Below are positions 38,417 through 46,037 of a stretch of DNA of 64,000 nt, in pieces. Both the position numbers and the translations under genes were made by a program. The stretch is from positions 18,531 to 82,530 of the forward strand of contig JBQTHV010000036.1 in assembly GCA_052389555.1 (NCBI GenBank), given 5' to 3'. The DNA comes from Gemmatimonadales bacterium. GTDB taxonomy: Bacteria > Gemmatimonadota > Gemmatimonadetes > Gemmatimonadales > GWC2-71-9. Under the pieces are notes generated by a model, which was given only the letters and a program-made list of their open reading frames with translations, was not told where the DNA came from and did not search any database. Positions within the stretch are counted from its first letter, which is position 1. Every line of letters begins with the position of its first letter.

Positions 38417-38511
38417 ATCCACAGATTACGCGGATTACGCAGATTCAACCGGATGAGTGACAAGCCACCGTCATCCGCGGTTAAACCGTGTAATCCGCGT
38501 AATCCGTGGAT
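38417..38511. repeat. inverted nonamer arrays (GGATTACGC)n forming a ~26-bp stem between convergent genes
   Basis: atccacagattacgcggattacgcagattc (38417-38446) faces ccgtgtaatccgcgtaatccgtggat (38486-38511). The CACAGATT start resembles the pyrF repeat. Confidence 0.85.
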
Positions 38512-38546
38512 AAGCCCTTTCCATCCGACTCCTAGCCCGCGGCGCC

Positions 38547-40088
38547 CTAACCCGCGCTCTTCCCCGCCCGCCCCAGGCGGCTGTGGCGGATGCTGTAGAG
38601 GAAGTAGATCACCAGCCCGGCCAGCAGCCAGAGTCCGAACCGCTTCCAGGTAATCCCCGGCAGCTCGATCATCAGGTAGATGCAGGCCGCCACCGAGAGG
38701 AGCGGGGTCCAGGGCGCGCCCGGGACCCGGAAGGGTCTGGGGCGATCAGGATCCTTGACCCGCAGCACGATCACGCCGAGCGACACCAGGACAAAGGCGA
38801 ACAGGGTTCCGATGTTGGTGAGGTCCACCACTTCGGCCACGTTCGCGAACGCCGCGAAGATCGCCACGAACAGCCCGGTGAGAATCGTGCCCACGTACGG
38901 CGTCTTGTAGCGCGGATGCACGCGGGCAAAGGCGGGCGGCAGGAGACCGTCCCGCGCCATCGAAAAGAAGATCCGGGGTTGCCCCAGCTGGAACACCAGG
39001 AGCACGCTGCCCATCGCGATCACCGCACCAAGGGCCACGATAAATCGGGAGACGTTGATGAGCACCGGCGGCCCGTCCGCCTGCGCGAGCGCGGTGATCA
39101 TCGGCTCCGGGGTCCCCAGGGTGCGCCACGGCGCAATGCCGGTCATCACCGCCGTCATCACAACGTAGAGAATGGTGGTGATCACCAGGCTCATGATGAT
39201 TCCGAACGGCATGTCACGCTGGGGGTTCCGGGCCTCTTCCGAGGCGGTGGAAACCGCGTCAAACCCGATGTAACTGAAGAAAATGATGGCTGCCGCCGCA
39301 CTGATGCCCGCGAATCCGCTCGGCGCGAAGCCGCCCTGCGCCGGATCGGTCCAGTTGGCCGGCCGAATGAAGAACGCACCGACCGCAATGAAGAAGAGAA
39401 TGATCCCGATCTTGAGCAATACCATCGCGTTGTTGGTATTGGCCGACTCGCGGATCCCGATGACCAGGATCACCGTGATGACCGCCACCGAGAAAAAGGC
39501 GGGCAGGTTGGCGATGAGCGGCACTCCGAAGACGGTAGGCGCCGCGCTCAGGGCGGACGCGTGGTAGAGGTTGCTCGGATCAGTCGCGCCCCCGGCCACC
39601 GCCGCGGCCGCCAGGCTCGCGGATCGTGGGTCGGTCGCGAGCCAAGCGGGGAGATTGATCCCGAAGTGCCCGATCAGCTCGCGGAAATAGCCGGACCAGC
39701 CAATAGCCACGCCGATGTTTCCCACGGCGTACTCGATGATCAGGTCCCAGCCAATGATCCAGGCAATCAGCTCGCCGAGGGAAGCATACGCATAGGTGTA
39801 GGCCGATCCGGAAATCGGGACCATGGCCGCGAACTCGGCGTAGCAGAGCGCGGCAAATCCGCAGGCAACCGCCGTGATCAGGAAGGAGAGCACGATGGCG
39901 GGACCGGCGCCGGGCCGGGCGGGATCGCCCACGATCGCCGTGCCGGTCGCGACGAAGATTCCCGCGCCGATGGTCGCTCCGATGCCTAACGCCGTGAGAT
40001 GCCACTTCGTGAGGGTCCGGCGGAGGCCGCCGCGCTCGGCAATGTCGGACTCGAACTCGGCGACAGACTTCCGGCGGAAGAGCTGCAT
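38547..40088 (-). CDS. amino acid permease (APC superfamily)
   Basis: LTKWHLTALGIGATIGAGIFVATG...FAALCYAEFAAMVPISGSAYTYAY...; the protein has about 12 TM segments. Confidence 0.88.
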   Translation of the reverse strand: MQLFRRKSVAEFESDIAERGGLRRTLTKWHLTALGIGATIGAGIFVATGTAIVGDPARPGAGPAIVLSFLITAVACGFAALCYAEFAAMVPISGSAYTYAYASLGELIAWIIGWDLIIEYAVGNIGVAIGWSGYFRELIGHFGINLPAWLATDPRSASLAAAAVAGGATDPSNLYHASALSAAPTVFGVPLIANLPAFFSVAVITVILVIGIRESANTNNAMVLLKIGIILFFIAVGAFFIRPANWTDPAQGGFAPSGFAGISAAAAIIFFSYIGFDAVSTASEEARNPQRDMPFGIIMSLVITTILYVVMTAVMTGIAPWRTLGTPEPMITALAQADGPPVLINVSRFIVALGAVIAMGSVLLVFQLGQPRIFFSMARDGLLPPAFARVHPRYKTPYVGTILTGLFVAIFAAFANVAEVVDLTNIGTLFAFVLVSLGVIVLRVKDPDRPRPFRVPGAPWTPLLSVAACIYLMIELPGITWKRFGLWLLAGLVIYFLYSIRHSRLGRAGKSAG

Positions 40089-40118
40089 CGGTCCTGCCCT
40101 CAGTGTCAGACGGAAAAG

Positions 40119-40853
40119 TCAGAAGGAGACTCGCACCACCGCCACACCCGGGATCACCTGCCCCTCCGCATTGCGGGCGGGGCGGAAGCGGTAGGCCCGC
40201 ATCGCGTCCTCCAGCTTCCTGGCGTAGGCCCGGTCGGGAATATCCGGAATGAACACCACTCGTTCGACCCGCCCGTCGGCGAGCACGAAAAAGTTAACGT
40301 CGATGCTCTGGCCTCGCAGAGTCCGCGGGTAATCGAACGGCGGCAGGATCAGCCGAGTCGGTTCCGGCGGTCGAGCTCTGCCGCGCGCGGAATCTGCCGG
40401 GGTTCCGGCCGTCCCGGTTCCCGGACCCGCTCCCGATCCGGTTCCCGGCCCGGTGCCGGATCCGCTTCCCCCACCGGTTCCGGTCCCGCTGCCGGCTGAC
40501 GCGTTCGCGGCTGCTGTCGCGCTGGAGTCCGCCGGCGGATTCGCCGGCGGCAGAACCGCCCGTTCCGCGATGGGTTGGGGCGGCACGATCCGTCGGGGCG
40601 GTACGACAGGAGCGACCCGAGCGCGCTCCTGCCTTGGAGTCTCCGGAGCGGCGAGTGGCGCAAGATTGATCATGGTGATCTCGCGGACTATCCCGCCGCG
40701 ACCGCCGCCCCCGCCGATCCGCGCGCCGGGCGGGTCGGTCAGCGAGGACCACGGATTCGAGTTCTGAGTCAGCTCAACGATCGACAGGAGCAACGCGAGA
40801 TGCATCACCAGCGACAGCCAGGCACCGTCGCGGCGCGCACGCATCCGCGGCAT
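40119..40853 (-). CDS. TonB-family protein with Gly/Ser/Thr-rich rather than Pro-rich distal linker
   Basis: The TM anchor is AWLSLVMHLALLLSIV. The linker reads ...PPRRIVPPQP...SGTGTGGGSGSGTGPGTGSGAGPGTG. The C-terminal domain reads YPRTLRGQSIDVNFFVLADGRVERVVF...YRFRPARNAEGQVIPG. ATG 40853 is chosen. Confidence 0.7.
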   Translation of the reverse strand: MPRMRARRDGAWLSLVMHLALLLSIVELTQNSNPWSSLTDPPGARIGGGGGRGGIVREITMINLAPLAAPETPRQERARVAPVVPPRRIVPPQPIAERAVLPPANPPADSSATAAANASAGSGTGTGGGSGSGTGPGTGSGAGPGTGTAGTPADSARGRARPPEPTRLILPPFDYPRTLRGQSIDVNFFVLADGRVERVVFIPDIPDRAYARKLEDAMRAYRFRPARNAEGQVIPGVAVVRVSF

Positions 40854-40953
40854 TTCGAGCCGCGGGGGAGGAAGTGGCGGAAGGGGAAGCGGACCAGGCA
40901 CCATCTCTAGTGTAATCCCAGAGGGGTCCCCGGCGAAGCGGGGCGGGACCGTG

Positions 40954-41306
40954 CTACGGCGTGATGGCAAACACGAACCGTTGCTGCACCAATTGGCAAA
41001 CCGGGCGCCCGTTGATTCGAGCCGGCCGGAACCGACTGCGCTGGAGCGCTTCGCGGGCGGGCAGCTCGAAGTGTGAATGGGAGCTGGCGACCACCTTCCA
41101 GCTATTCAGCTCAACATGGCCGCTGGTATCTACGACAAATTGGGCCTCGACGAATCCTTCGATGCCGGCATGCTGAAGGAGCGGAGGATGACGTGGGTCG
41201 GGACGATGGATCCCGCAGCGAGCAGCGCATGCAGCAGGGCGGACCAGGCGATCGATACACCGGGACGAATTCCGGCGGCCCGGGATTCGATGAGTCTCTC
41301 GAACAT
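40954..41306 (-). pseudogene. degraded TonB paralog (linker deleted and frame shifted)
   Basis: Frame A from ATG 41306 reads MFERLIESRAAGIRPGVSIAWSALLHALLAAGSIVPT... (compare MFENLVESKP... of tonB) and stops at 41130. A second frame encodes the C-terminal domain PRHPPLLQHAGIEGFVEAQFVVDTSGH...RPARINGRPVCQLVQQRFVF (compare PRYPPVLQQAGVQGFVEAQYVVDTTGH). The ~120-aa linker is missing. Confidence 0.65.
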
Positions 41307-41362
41307 GGCAAGAACTCCGGGTTAGGGCCCTTGACCAAGTAACTGCCTCCGGATGGATTCCC

Positions 41363-41422
41363 GATGACCGACGGATGACAACGTCCCGTGGCTCCAATGA
41401 CAAATCGATGACCGCAGGTCAC
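41363..41422 (-). promoter_or_regulatory. 11-bp-phased direct repeats GTCATC(G) upstream of the degraded tonB paralog
   Basis: In gene sense the units read GTGACCTGCG|GTCATCGATTT|GTCATTGGAGC|CACGGGACGTT|GTCATCCGTCG|GTCATCGG. GATGAC starts at 41363, 41374 and 41407, and AATGAC at 41396. Confidence 0.4.
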
Positions 41423-41454
41423 CGCAAAACAAACAGGGGCCCGAAGGCCCCTGT
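41423..41454 (-). terminator. intrinsic terminator of the tonB-exbB-exbD-exbD operon
   Basis: The stem is acaggggcc / ggcccctgt (9 bp, loop cgaa, 41433-41454). On the minus strand it is followed by TTTGTTTTG, 23 nt after the exbD stop. Confidence 0.85.
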
Positions 41455-41476
41455 CCCGTCCATGAACCCGCGGTCC

Positions 41477-41884
41477 TCAGGTCTTGGGCGTGAACCCGAT
41501 CACCTGGATCCCGGCACCCCGGGCCACATCCATGGCCTCGATCACTTCCTGGTAGACCCGGTTCCCCGCTGCCTTCACGAACAGCAGCTTGGCGGGCCGC
41601 GGATCGAAGATCGCGCGGATCTGGGTATCGAGCTGATTCTTCGGTACCGCTTGGCCGTTGATCGAGTAGCTGCCATCCGCCGCGATCTCGAGCACGATCT
41701 GGGTGGATGGCGCATTCGACGTCGTCTGGATCGGCGGCGGCACCTGCGCGTCCACCGCCATCCGGCTGAGCGGCAGCGAGATCATGAAGATGATCAGGAG
41801 CACGAGCAGGATGTCGATCATCGGGATCACGTTCGGCTCGGAGGTGATGCCGCCCGGTCCGCCCTGCTGAACTTGCATGCCCAT
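41477..41884 (-). CDS. exbD: ExbD/TolR family biopolymer transport protein
   Basis: SEPNVIPMIDILLVLLIIFM... is a typical ExbD TM region, followed by a periplasmic domain. Confidence 0.9.
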   Translation of the reverse strand: MGMQVQQGGPGGITSEPNVIPMIDILLVLLIIFMISLPLSRMAVDAQVPPPIQTTSNAPSTQIVLEIAADGSYSINGQAVPKNQLDTQIRAIFDPRPAKLLFVKAAGNRVYQEVIEAMDVARGAGIQVIGFTPKT

Positions 41885-41896
41885 ACGAGGCCCTCC

Positions 41897-42346
41897 CTAT
41901 TGCGCGGGGAGGCCACACGCCGAGCGGTCCTGGCACTCGGTGATGGCCCGCAGAACCCGCACGCCCGCCTTCCGGGCGATCTCGACCGCGTCCTGGACCT
42001 TAGCGAACGGCAGGTCCTTGTGGGCGCGGAAGTGCAGGATCTTGTCTTCCGTGTGCGTGGTGGCGTAGATGCTCCGCAACTGGTCCTCCAGCACCTCGGT
42101 CGGAATGTGATTGCCGTTCAGGAAATAGTCCCCGCCGATATCGATCCCCAGCACGACCTCGTTTTCGCCCTCCGGGCGCTTGTCGAGGTTGGTGCCGATC
42201 GGCATGGTGGCCTTGAAGCCGGCGGCGAGCAGGGGCGTCACGATCATGAAGATGATCAACAGCACCAGCATGATGTCGATCATCGGAATGACGTTCGGCT
42301 CCGATTTGACGGCCGTCTGGCCGGCCTTCTCAGCTGATGTGGCCAC
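41897..42346 (-). CDS. exbD: ExbD/TolR family biopolymer transport protein
   Basis: SEPNVIPMIDIMLVLLIIFMIVTP.... This is the second tandem copy and overlaps the exbB 3' end by 17 nt. Confidence 0.9.
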   Translation of the reverse strand: MATSAEKAGQTAVKSEPNVIPMIDIMLVLLIIFMIVTPLLAAGFKATMPIGTNLDKRPEGENEVVLGIDIGGDYFLNGNHIPTEVLEDQLRSIYATTHTEDKILHFRAHKDLPFAKVQDAVEIARKAGVRVLRAITECQDRSACGLPAQ

Positions 42347-43076
42347 TGCCGCTCACCGCCTTCTGAGCCTGGAACTCCTTGGTGAAGATCGAGCGGCCGA
42401 ATTCGCTGCCGACACTCTTGATGAGGTAGTCGATCAGCTCCTTCGACGTATAGGTCATCTCGACCGTCAGGTTCTCGACCTTGGTAGTGAAGTAGTTGTA
42501 GAACCACACCGCCGGGATCGCGACCGCGAGGCCGAGCGCCGTGGTGATCAGCGCTTCCGCGATACCCTTGGAGATTCCGGCCAAGCCGCCCGAGGTCCCC
42601 CCGGCGTTGATCGCGGAGAACGCCTGCACGATACCCATCGTGGTTCCCAACAGACCCACGAACGGTGCCGTGGCGCCTACGGTCGCCAGCACGCCGAGCC
42701 CGCGCTTGAACTCGGAGAGCACGATCAACATCTGCCGTTCCACCGCACGCTCCGCCGAATTGATGTCGGCAGCCGTAATGGTGGCGCGGTCCCTGAGCAG
42801 CGGCTTCACTTCCTGCAGCGCTCCACCCAGCACCCGGGAGACATGGCTCCCCTGGTTCTTCTCGGAGAGCGTGATCGCCTGATCGAGCTGCTCTTCCTGG
42901 ATGGCCCGCGAGAACTGGGGCGCGAACTTGCGGGTGGCCAAGGTGCTCTTGCGCACCTGCCAGAGCCTATTCAGCGCGATGGTGAGCGAGAAGAAGGACA
43001 TGATGAGCAGCGTAATCACGATCCCCTTGGCAAAGGGACCGGCATCACGCCACAGCTGGAGAATATCTACACCCAT
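42330..43076 (-). CDS. exbB: MotA/TolQ/ExbB proton channel family protein
   Basis: GIVITLLIMSFFSLTIAL...ATVGATAPFVGLLGTTMGIVQAF...GIAEALITTALGLAVAIPAVWFYNYF. Confidence 0.92.
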   Translation of the reverse strand: MGVDILQLWRDAGPFAKGIVITLLIMSFFSLTIALNRLWQVRKSTLATRKFAPQFSRAIQEEQLDQAITLSEKNQGSHVSRVLGGALQEVKPLLRDRATITAADINSAERAVERQMLIVLSEFKRGLGVLATVGATAPFVGLLGTTMGIVQAFSAINAGGTSGGLAGISKGIAEALITTALGLAVAIPAVWFYNYFTTKVENLTVEMTYTSKELIDYLIKSVGSEFGRSIFTKEFQAQKAVSGSGHIS

Positions 43077-43103
43077 GCTGGACTCCTTGGACGGGAAAAA
43101 AGG

Positions 43104-43805
43104 TTACTGGCCGATCGTGAACCCGAATCGCTGCTGCACCAGCTGCCGGACGGCCCGGCCCTTGATGCGGGCCGGCTTGAACACACTCTTCATCGCTGCC
43201 TCGCGGGCCGGCGCCTCGAACTGGGGATGGGTGCTCTTGGTCACCTTCCAGGAGGCCGGTTCAGCGTGGCCGGTAGTATCGACGACGTACTGCGCTTCCA
43301 CGAATCCCTGCACCCCGGCCTGCTGGAGCACCGGCGGATACCGCGGCTTGGGCTGGTTGATCGGAGCCACCGGATCATCGACTTCCTCGGCGAGGAACGC
43401 TTCGCCAGTAACCGGTCCGGTCCCACCAGCGATACCGGTGGCGATGCCGCCTTCAACCCCCTTTCCGCTGAAGTCCGCCGCGTTGAACCGCTCGTTGAGG
43501 TTGACCGGAGGAATCTCCTTCGGGATCTCGGTCGGCGGCATCACGGTCTGGAAGCCGAGCGGCGGCGGGTTAGCGGTCACGATGGCCTCCGGCGGCGGCG
43601 TCTCCGGCGGCGGCGGCGGCGGCGGCTCCGGCGGCTTGAGCCACACCATCGTGGTGTCCGACAGAATGTCCTCCATCGTCTCGGCGGCACTCTTGGTCGC
43701 CACTACGGCCCCGGCGATCACCGCCGTGTTAATGATGGCCGACAGGACCGCCTGCTTGAAGGTCTTCTGCTTCTTGGGTTTCGATTCTACCAGGTTCTCG
43801 AACAT
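43104..43805 (-). CDS. tonB: energy transducer TonB
   Basis: N-terminal anchor AVLSAIINTAVIAGAVVA, Pro-rich linker KPPEPPPPPPPETPPPE, and C-terminal domain PRYPPVLQQAGVQGFVEAQYVVDTTGH...FKPARIKGRAVRQLV. Confidence 0.9.
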   Translation of the reverse strand: MFENLVESKPKKQKTFKQAVLSAIINTAVIAGAVVATKSAAETMEDILSDTTMVWLKPPEPPPPPPPETPPPEAIVTANPPPLGFQTVMPPTEIPKEIPPVNLNERFNAADFSGKGVEGGIATGIAGGTGPVTGEAFLAEEVDDPVAPINQPKPRYPPVLQQAGVQGFVEAQYVVDTTGHAEPASWKVTKSTHPQFEAPAREAAMKSVFKPARIKGRAVRQLVQQRFGFTIGQ

Positions 43806-43879
43806 CGCGAGGGCGCCTCCCAGAGACTCATCTTCTTCCTAATAGTAGATGCCGATGGGTAGCTCGAGCTTCACCGCCG

Positions 43880-43907
43880 GATGACAATTCGATGACAAAA
43901 CGATTAG
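43880..43907 (-). promoter_or_regulatory. 11-bp-phased direct repeats (Pho-box-like) upstream of tonB
   Basis: In gene sense the sequence is TAATCGTTTTG|TCATCGAATTG|TCATC, that is GTCATC units separated by 4-bp A/T spacers. It lies 75-100 nt upstream of the tonB ATG and overlaps the kinase stop codon. Confidence 0.45.
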
Positions 43908-45367
43908 GAAACCCTCTCACTCGGTGTGGGACGCGGGAGCGTGACCGTGAACAGAGTTCCCCGGCCGGGGCGACTCTGGACCGTAATGCTGCCCCCGTGC
44001 GCTTCGGCCACCCACTTGGTGATGGCCAACCCCAGCCCCGCCCCAGGGCGCTCCCCGGTGCGGGAGCGGGCCGGGTCCGCCCGCCAGAAACGGTCGAATA
44101 TATGCGGCAGGTCTCCGGCCGCAATCCCGATCCCGGTATCCGCGACTGAGAGCACCAGGGCCTCTCCGGTGTCTCGCAGCGTGATGGTCACGCCCCCGGC
44201 GGGAGTGTACTTCACCGCATTGGTCACCAGGTTGAGGAGGAGCTGACGGATTCGCGCGCGGTCGGCGCGGAACGGAACCGGCGCATCCGGTAGCTCAGTG
44301 GTCACGGTGAGTCCGGCCGGCTCGGCCAGCATGCTCGCGGTTTCGCCGGCTTCGGCGACGAGCTCGCGCAGATCGCAGTCCTCCAGCGCGAGCGGGAAGC
44401 GGCCCTCGTCCGCCCGGGCGAGGGTGAGCAGGTTGTCGACCAGCTCGCTCATCCAATTGATCTGGTCGAGCGACTCGTCGAGGGCGGGCAGGATTTCGGC
44501 CGGCGTGCCGGGGTGACGAAGGGCACGCTCAACGCCGGTTCGAAGCACCATGAGCGGGGTCTTGAGCTCATGACTCGCCTCGGCAGTAAAGCGGTGCTGG
44601 GCCGAGAAGCTGCGTTCCAACCGCTCGAACATCCGGTTCGCGGCGGCGCCCAGCCGGGCAACCTCGTCGCCATCACGCTCGACCGGCACCCGGCGATGCA
44701 AGCTGGTGCCGTCGGTGATGGCCTCGAGCTCGCGCACCATGGCGCCGAGGGGGACCAGGTTGCGTCCCGCGACCCAGTAGCCGAGCAGCAGGGACGCCAG
44801 GAGGATCAGGGGCGCGATCACCAGCATGCTGGAGAGGAGCGCCTGGGCGTCGAGGATGGTCGCTGTGCTGGGCGCCGCGACCAGGAGTGCGGCGACTTCG
44901 AGGCCGGCGCCGCGCACCGGCATCGCCTGGTAATAGGCCGGACCGACTCGAGGATCGAACCGATAGGCCCCTTTACCGGGCGCCGGGGAGGGGGGCCGCA
45001 CTGGGGCGAGGAACTGTTCGAACGAGCTGACCGGCAGGGCCGCCGCGCTGTCGGAGGCGAAGAGCACCCGCCCCTGGCGATCGACCACCACGAAGTAGTC
45101 CTGGATGCTCTCGAAGTAGGAGGCGATGGCGGGCTCGAGCACCGGAAGCGAATCCCGGGTGACCACCCTACCTAACACGCGGTAGGATTCTTCCAGGTAA
45201 CGGGCCGCCAGCTCGGCCTCGAGCCGAATGCGGTCCTGCTGGCGAAGGTCGAAGCTCCGCCGGCTGGTGCGCTGCCAGCTGAAGTAGAGCAGCGCGCCGA
45301 AGGCGGCCATCGTTACGGCCAGTGCGACGGCGAAACCCGCGCTGAGCCGCCAGCGGATCGAGCGCAT
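43904..45367 (-). CDS. sensor histidine kinase (2 TM, periplasmic loop, HAMP, HisKA, HATPase)
   Basis: H-box FTAEASHELKTPL, ...LLLNLVTNAVKYTP...DTGIGI...GAGLGLAITK. Confidence 0.9.
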   Translation of the reverse strand: MRSIRWRLSAGFAVALAVTMAAFGALLYFSWQRTSRRSFDLRQQDRIRLEAELAARYLEESYRVLGRVVTRDSLPVLEPAIASYFESIQDYFVVVDRQGRVLFASDSAAALPVSSFEQFLAPVRPPSPAPGKGAYRFDPRVGPAYYQAMPVRGAGLEVAALLVAAPSTATILDAQALLSSMLVIAPLILLASLLLGYWVAGRNLVPLGAMVRELEAITDGTSLHRRVPVERDGDEVARLGAAANRMFERLERSFSAQHRFTAEASHELKTPLMVLRTGVERALRHPGTPAEILPALDESLDQINWMSELVDNLLTLARADEGRFPLALEDCDLRELVAEAGETASMLAEPAGLTVTTELPDAPVPFRADRARIRQLLLNLVTNAVKYTPAGGVTITLRDTGEALVLSVADTGIGIAAGDLPHIFDRFWRADPARSRTGERPGAGLGLAITKWVAEAHGGSITVQSRPGRGTLFTVTLPRPTPSERVS

Positions 45368-45368
45368 G

Positions 45369-46037
45369 TCAGGGCCGGATTACGTATCCGACTCCCCGCA
45401 CCGTGTGGAGCAGCTTCTTCTCGTGCTGGGCATCGATCTTCTTCCGGAGCCGGTTGATCACCACGTCCACGATGTTGGTGCCGGGGTCGAAGTGGTAGTC
45501 CCACACATACTCGGTGATCAAGGTACGTGACATGACCCGGGGGGAGTGCCGCATGAGGTACTCCAGTACCGAGTACTCCTTCGGCGTGAGCTCGATGAGC
45601 TGCCCGGCGCGGCGCATCTCATGGGTGTTGCGGTCGAGCTCGAGGTCGGCAACGACGAGGCGGGTCGGGGAGAGCTGCTTGGGGCGGCGGGCCAGGGCCT
45701 CGACCCGGGCCAGCACTTCCTCGAACGAGAACGGCTTGGTGACGTAGTCATCCGCGCCCGCCCGCAACGCCTCCACTTTCTGCCCCACCGCCTCCTGGGC
45801 GGTGAGAATCAGAATTGGGGTGGCGTTCCCGCGGTCGCGCAGGGTGCGGAGCACCTCCAGGCCGGTCATCCCGGGGAGGCGGAGGTCCAGAATCACCAAG
45901 TCGTAGTGCCCGCCCGACGCGAGTCGCAAGGCCTCGAGGCCATCGGGGACCAGATCGGCGTGGTACTGGGCCTCTTCCAGGCCCCGGCGGACATACTGGC
46001 CGACCGTGCGGTCGTCTTCGACGACCAGGATCTTCAC
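45369..46037 (-). CDS. OmpR/PhoB-family response regulator (winged-helix DNA-binding)
   Basis: MKILVVEDD...DLVILDLRLPGMTG...GADDYVTKPF is a REC domain. LTPKEYSVLEYLMRH...NIVDVVINRLRKKID...TVRGVGYVI is the winged helix. Confidence 0.93.
   Translation of the reverse strand: MKILVVEDDRTVGQYVRRGLEEAQYHADLVPDGLEALRLASGGHYDLVILDLRLPGMTGLEVLRTLRDRGNATPILILTAQEAVGQKVEALRAGADDYVTKPFSFEEVLARVEALARRPKQLSPTRLVVADLELDRNTHEMRRAGQLIELTPKEYSVLEYLMRHSPRVMSRTLITEYVWDYHFDPGTNIVDVVINRLRKKIDAQHEKKLLHTVRGVGYVIRP

Noticed and set aside
40954-41403. Track ORF 40954-41403 taken as an intact 149-aa gene.
   Set aside because: Its first ~70 residues are a low-complexity, Arg-rich off-frame reading of the TonB-like N-terminal anchor. 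Only the C-terminal half is TonB-like. It is better explained as a frameshifted paralog.
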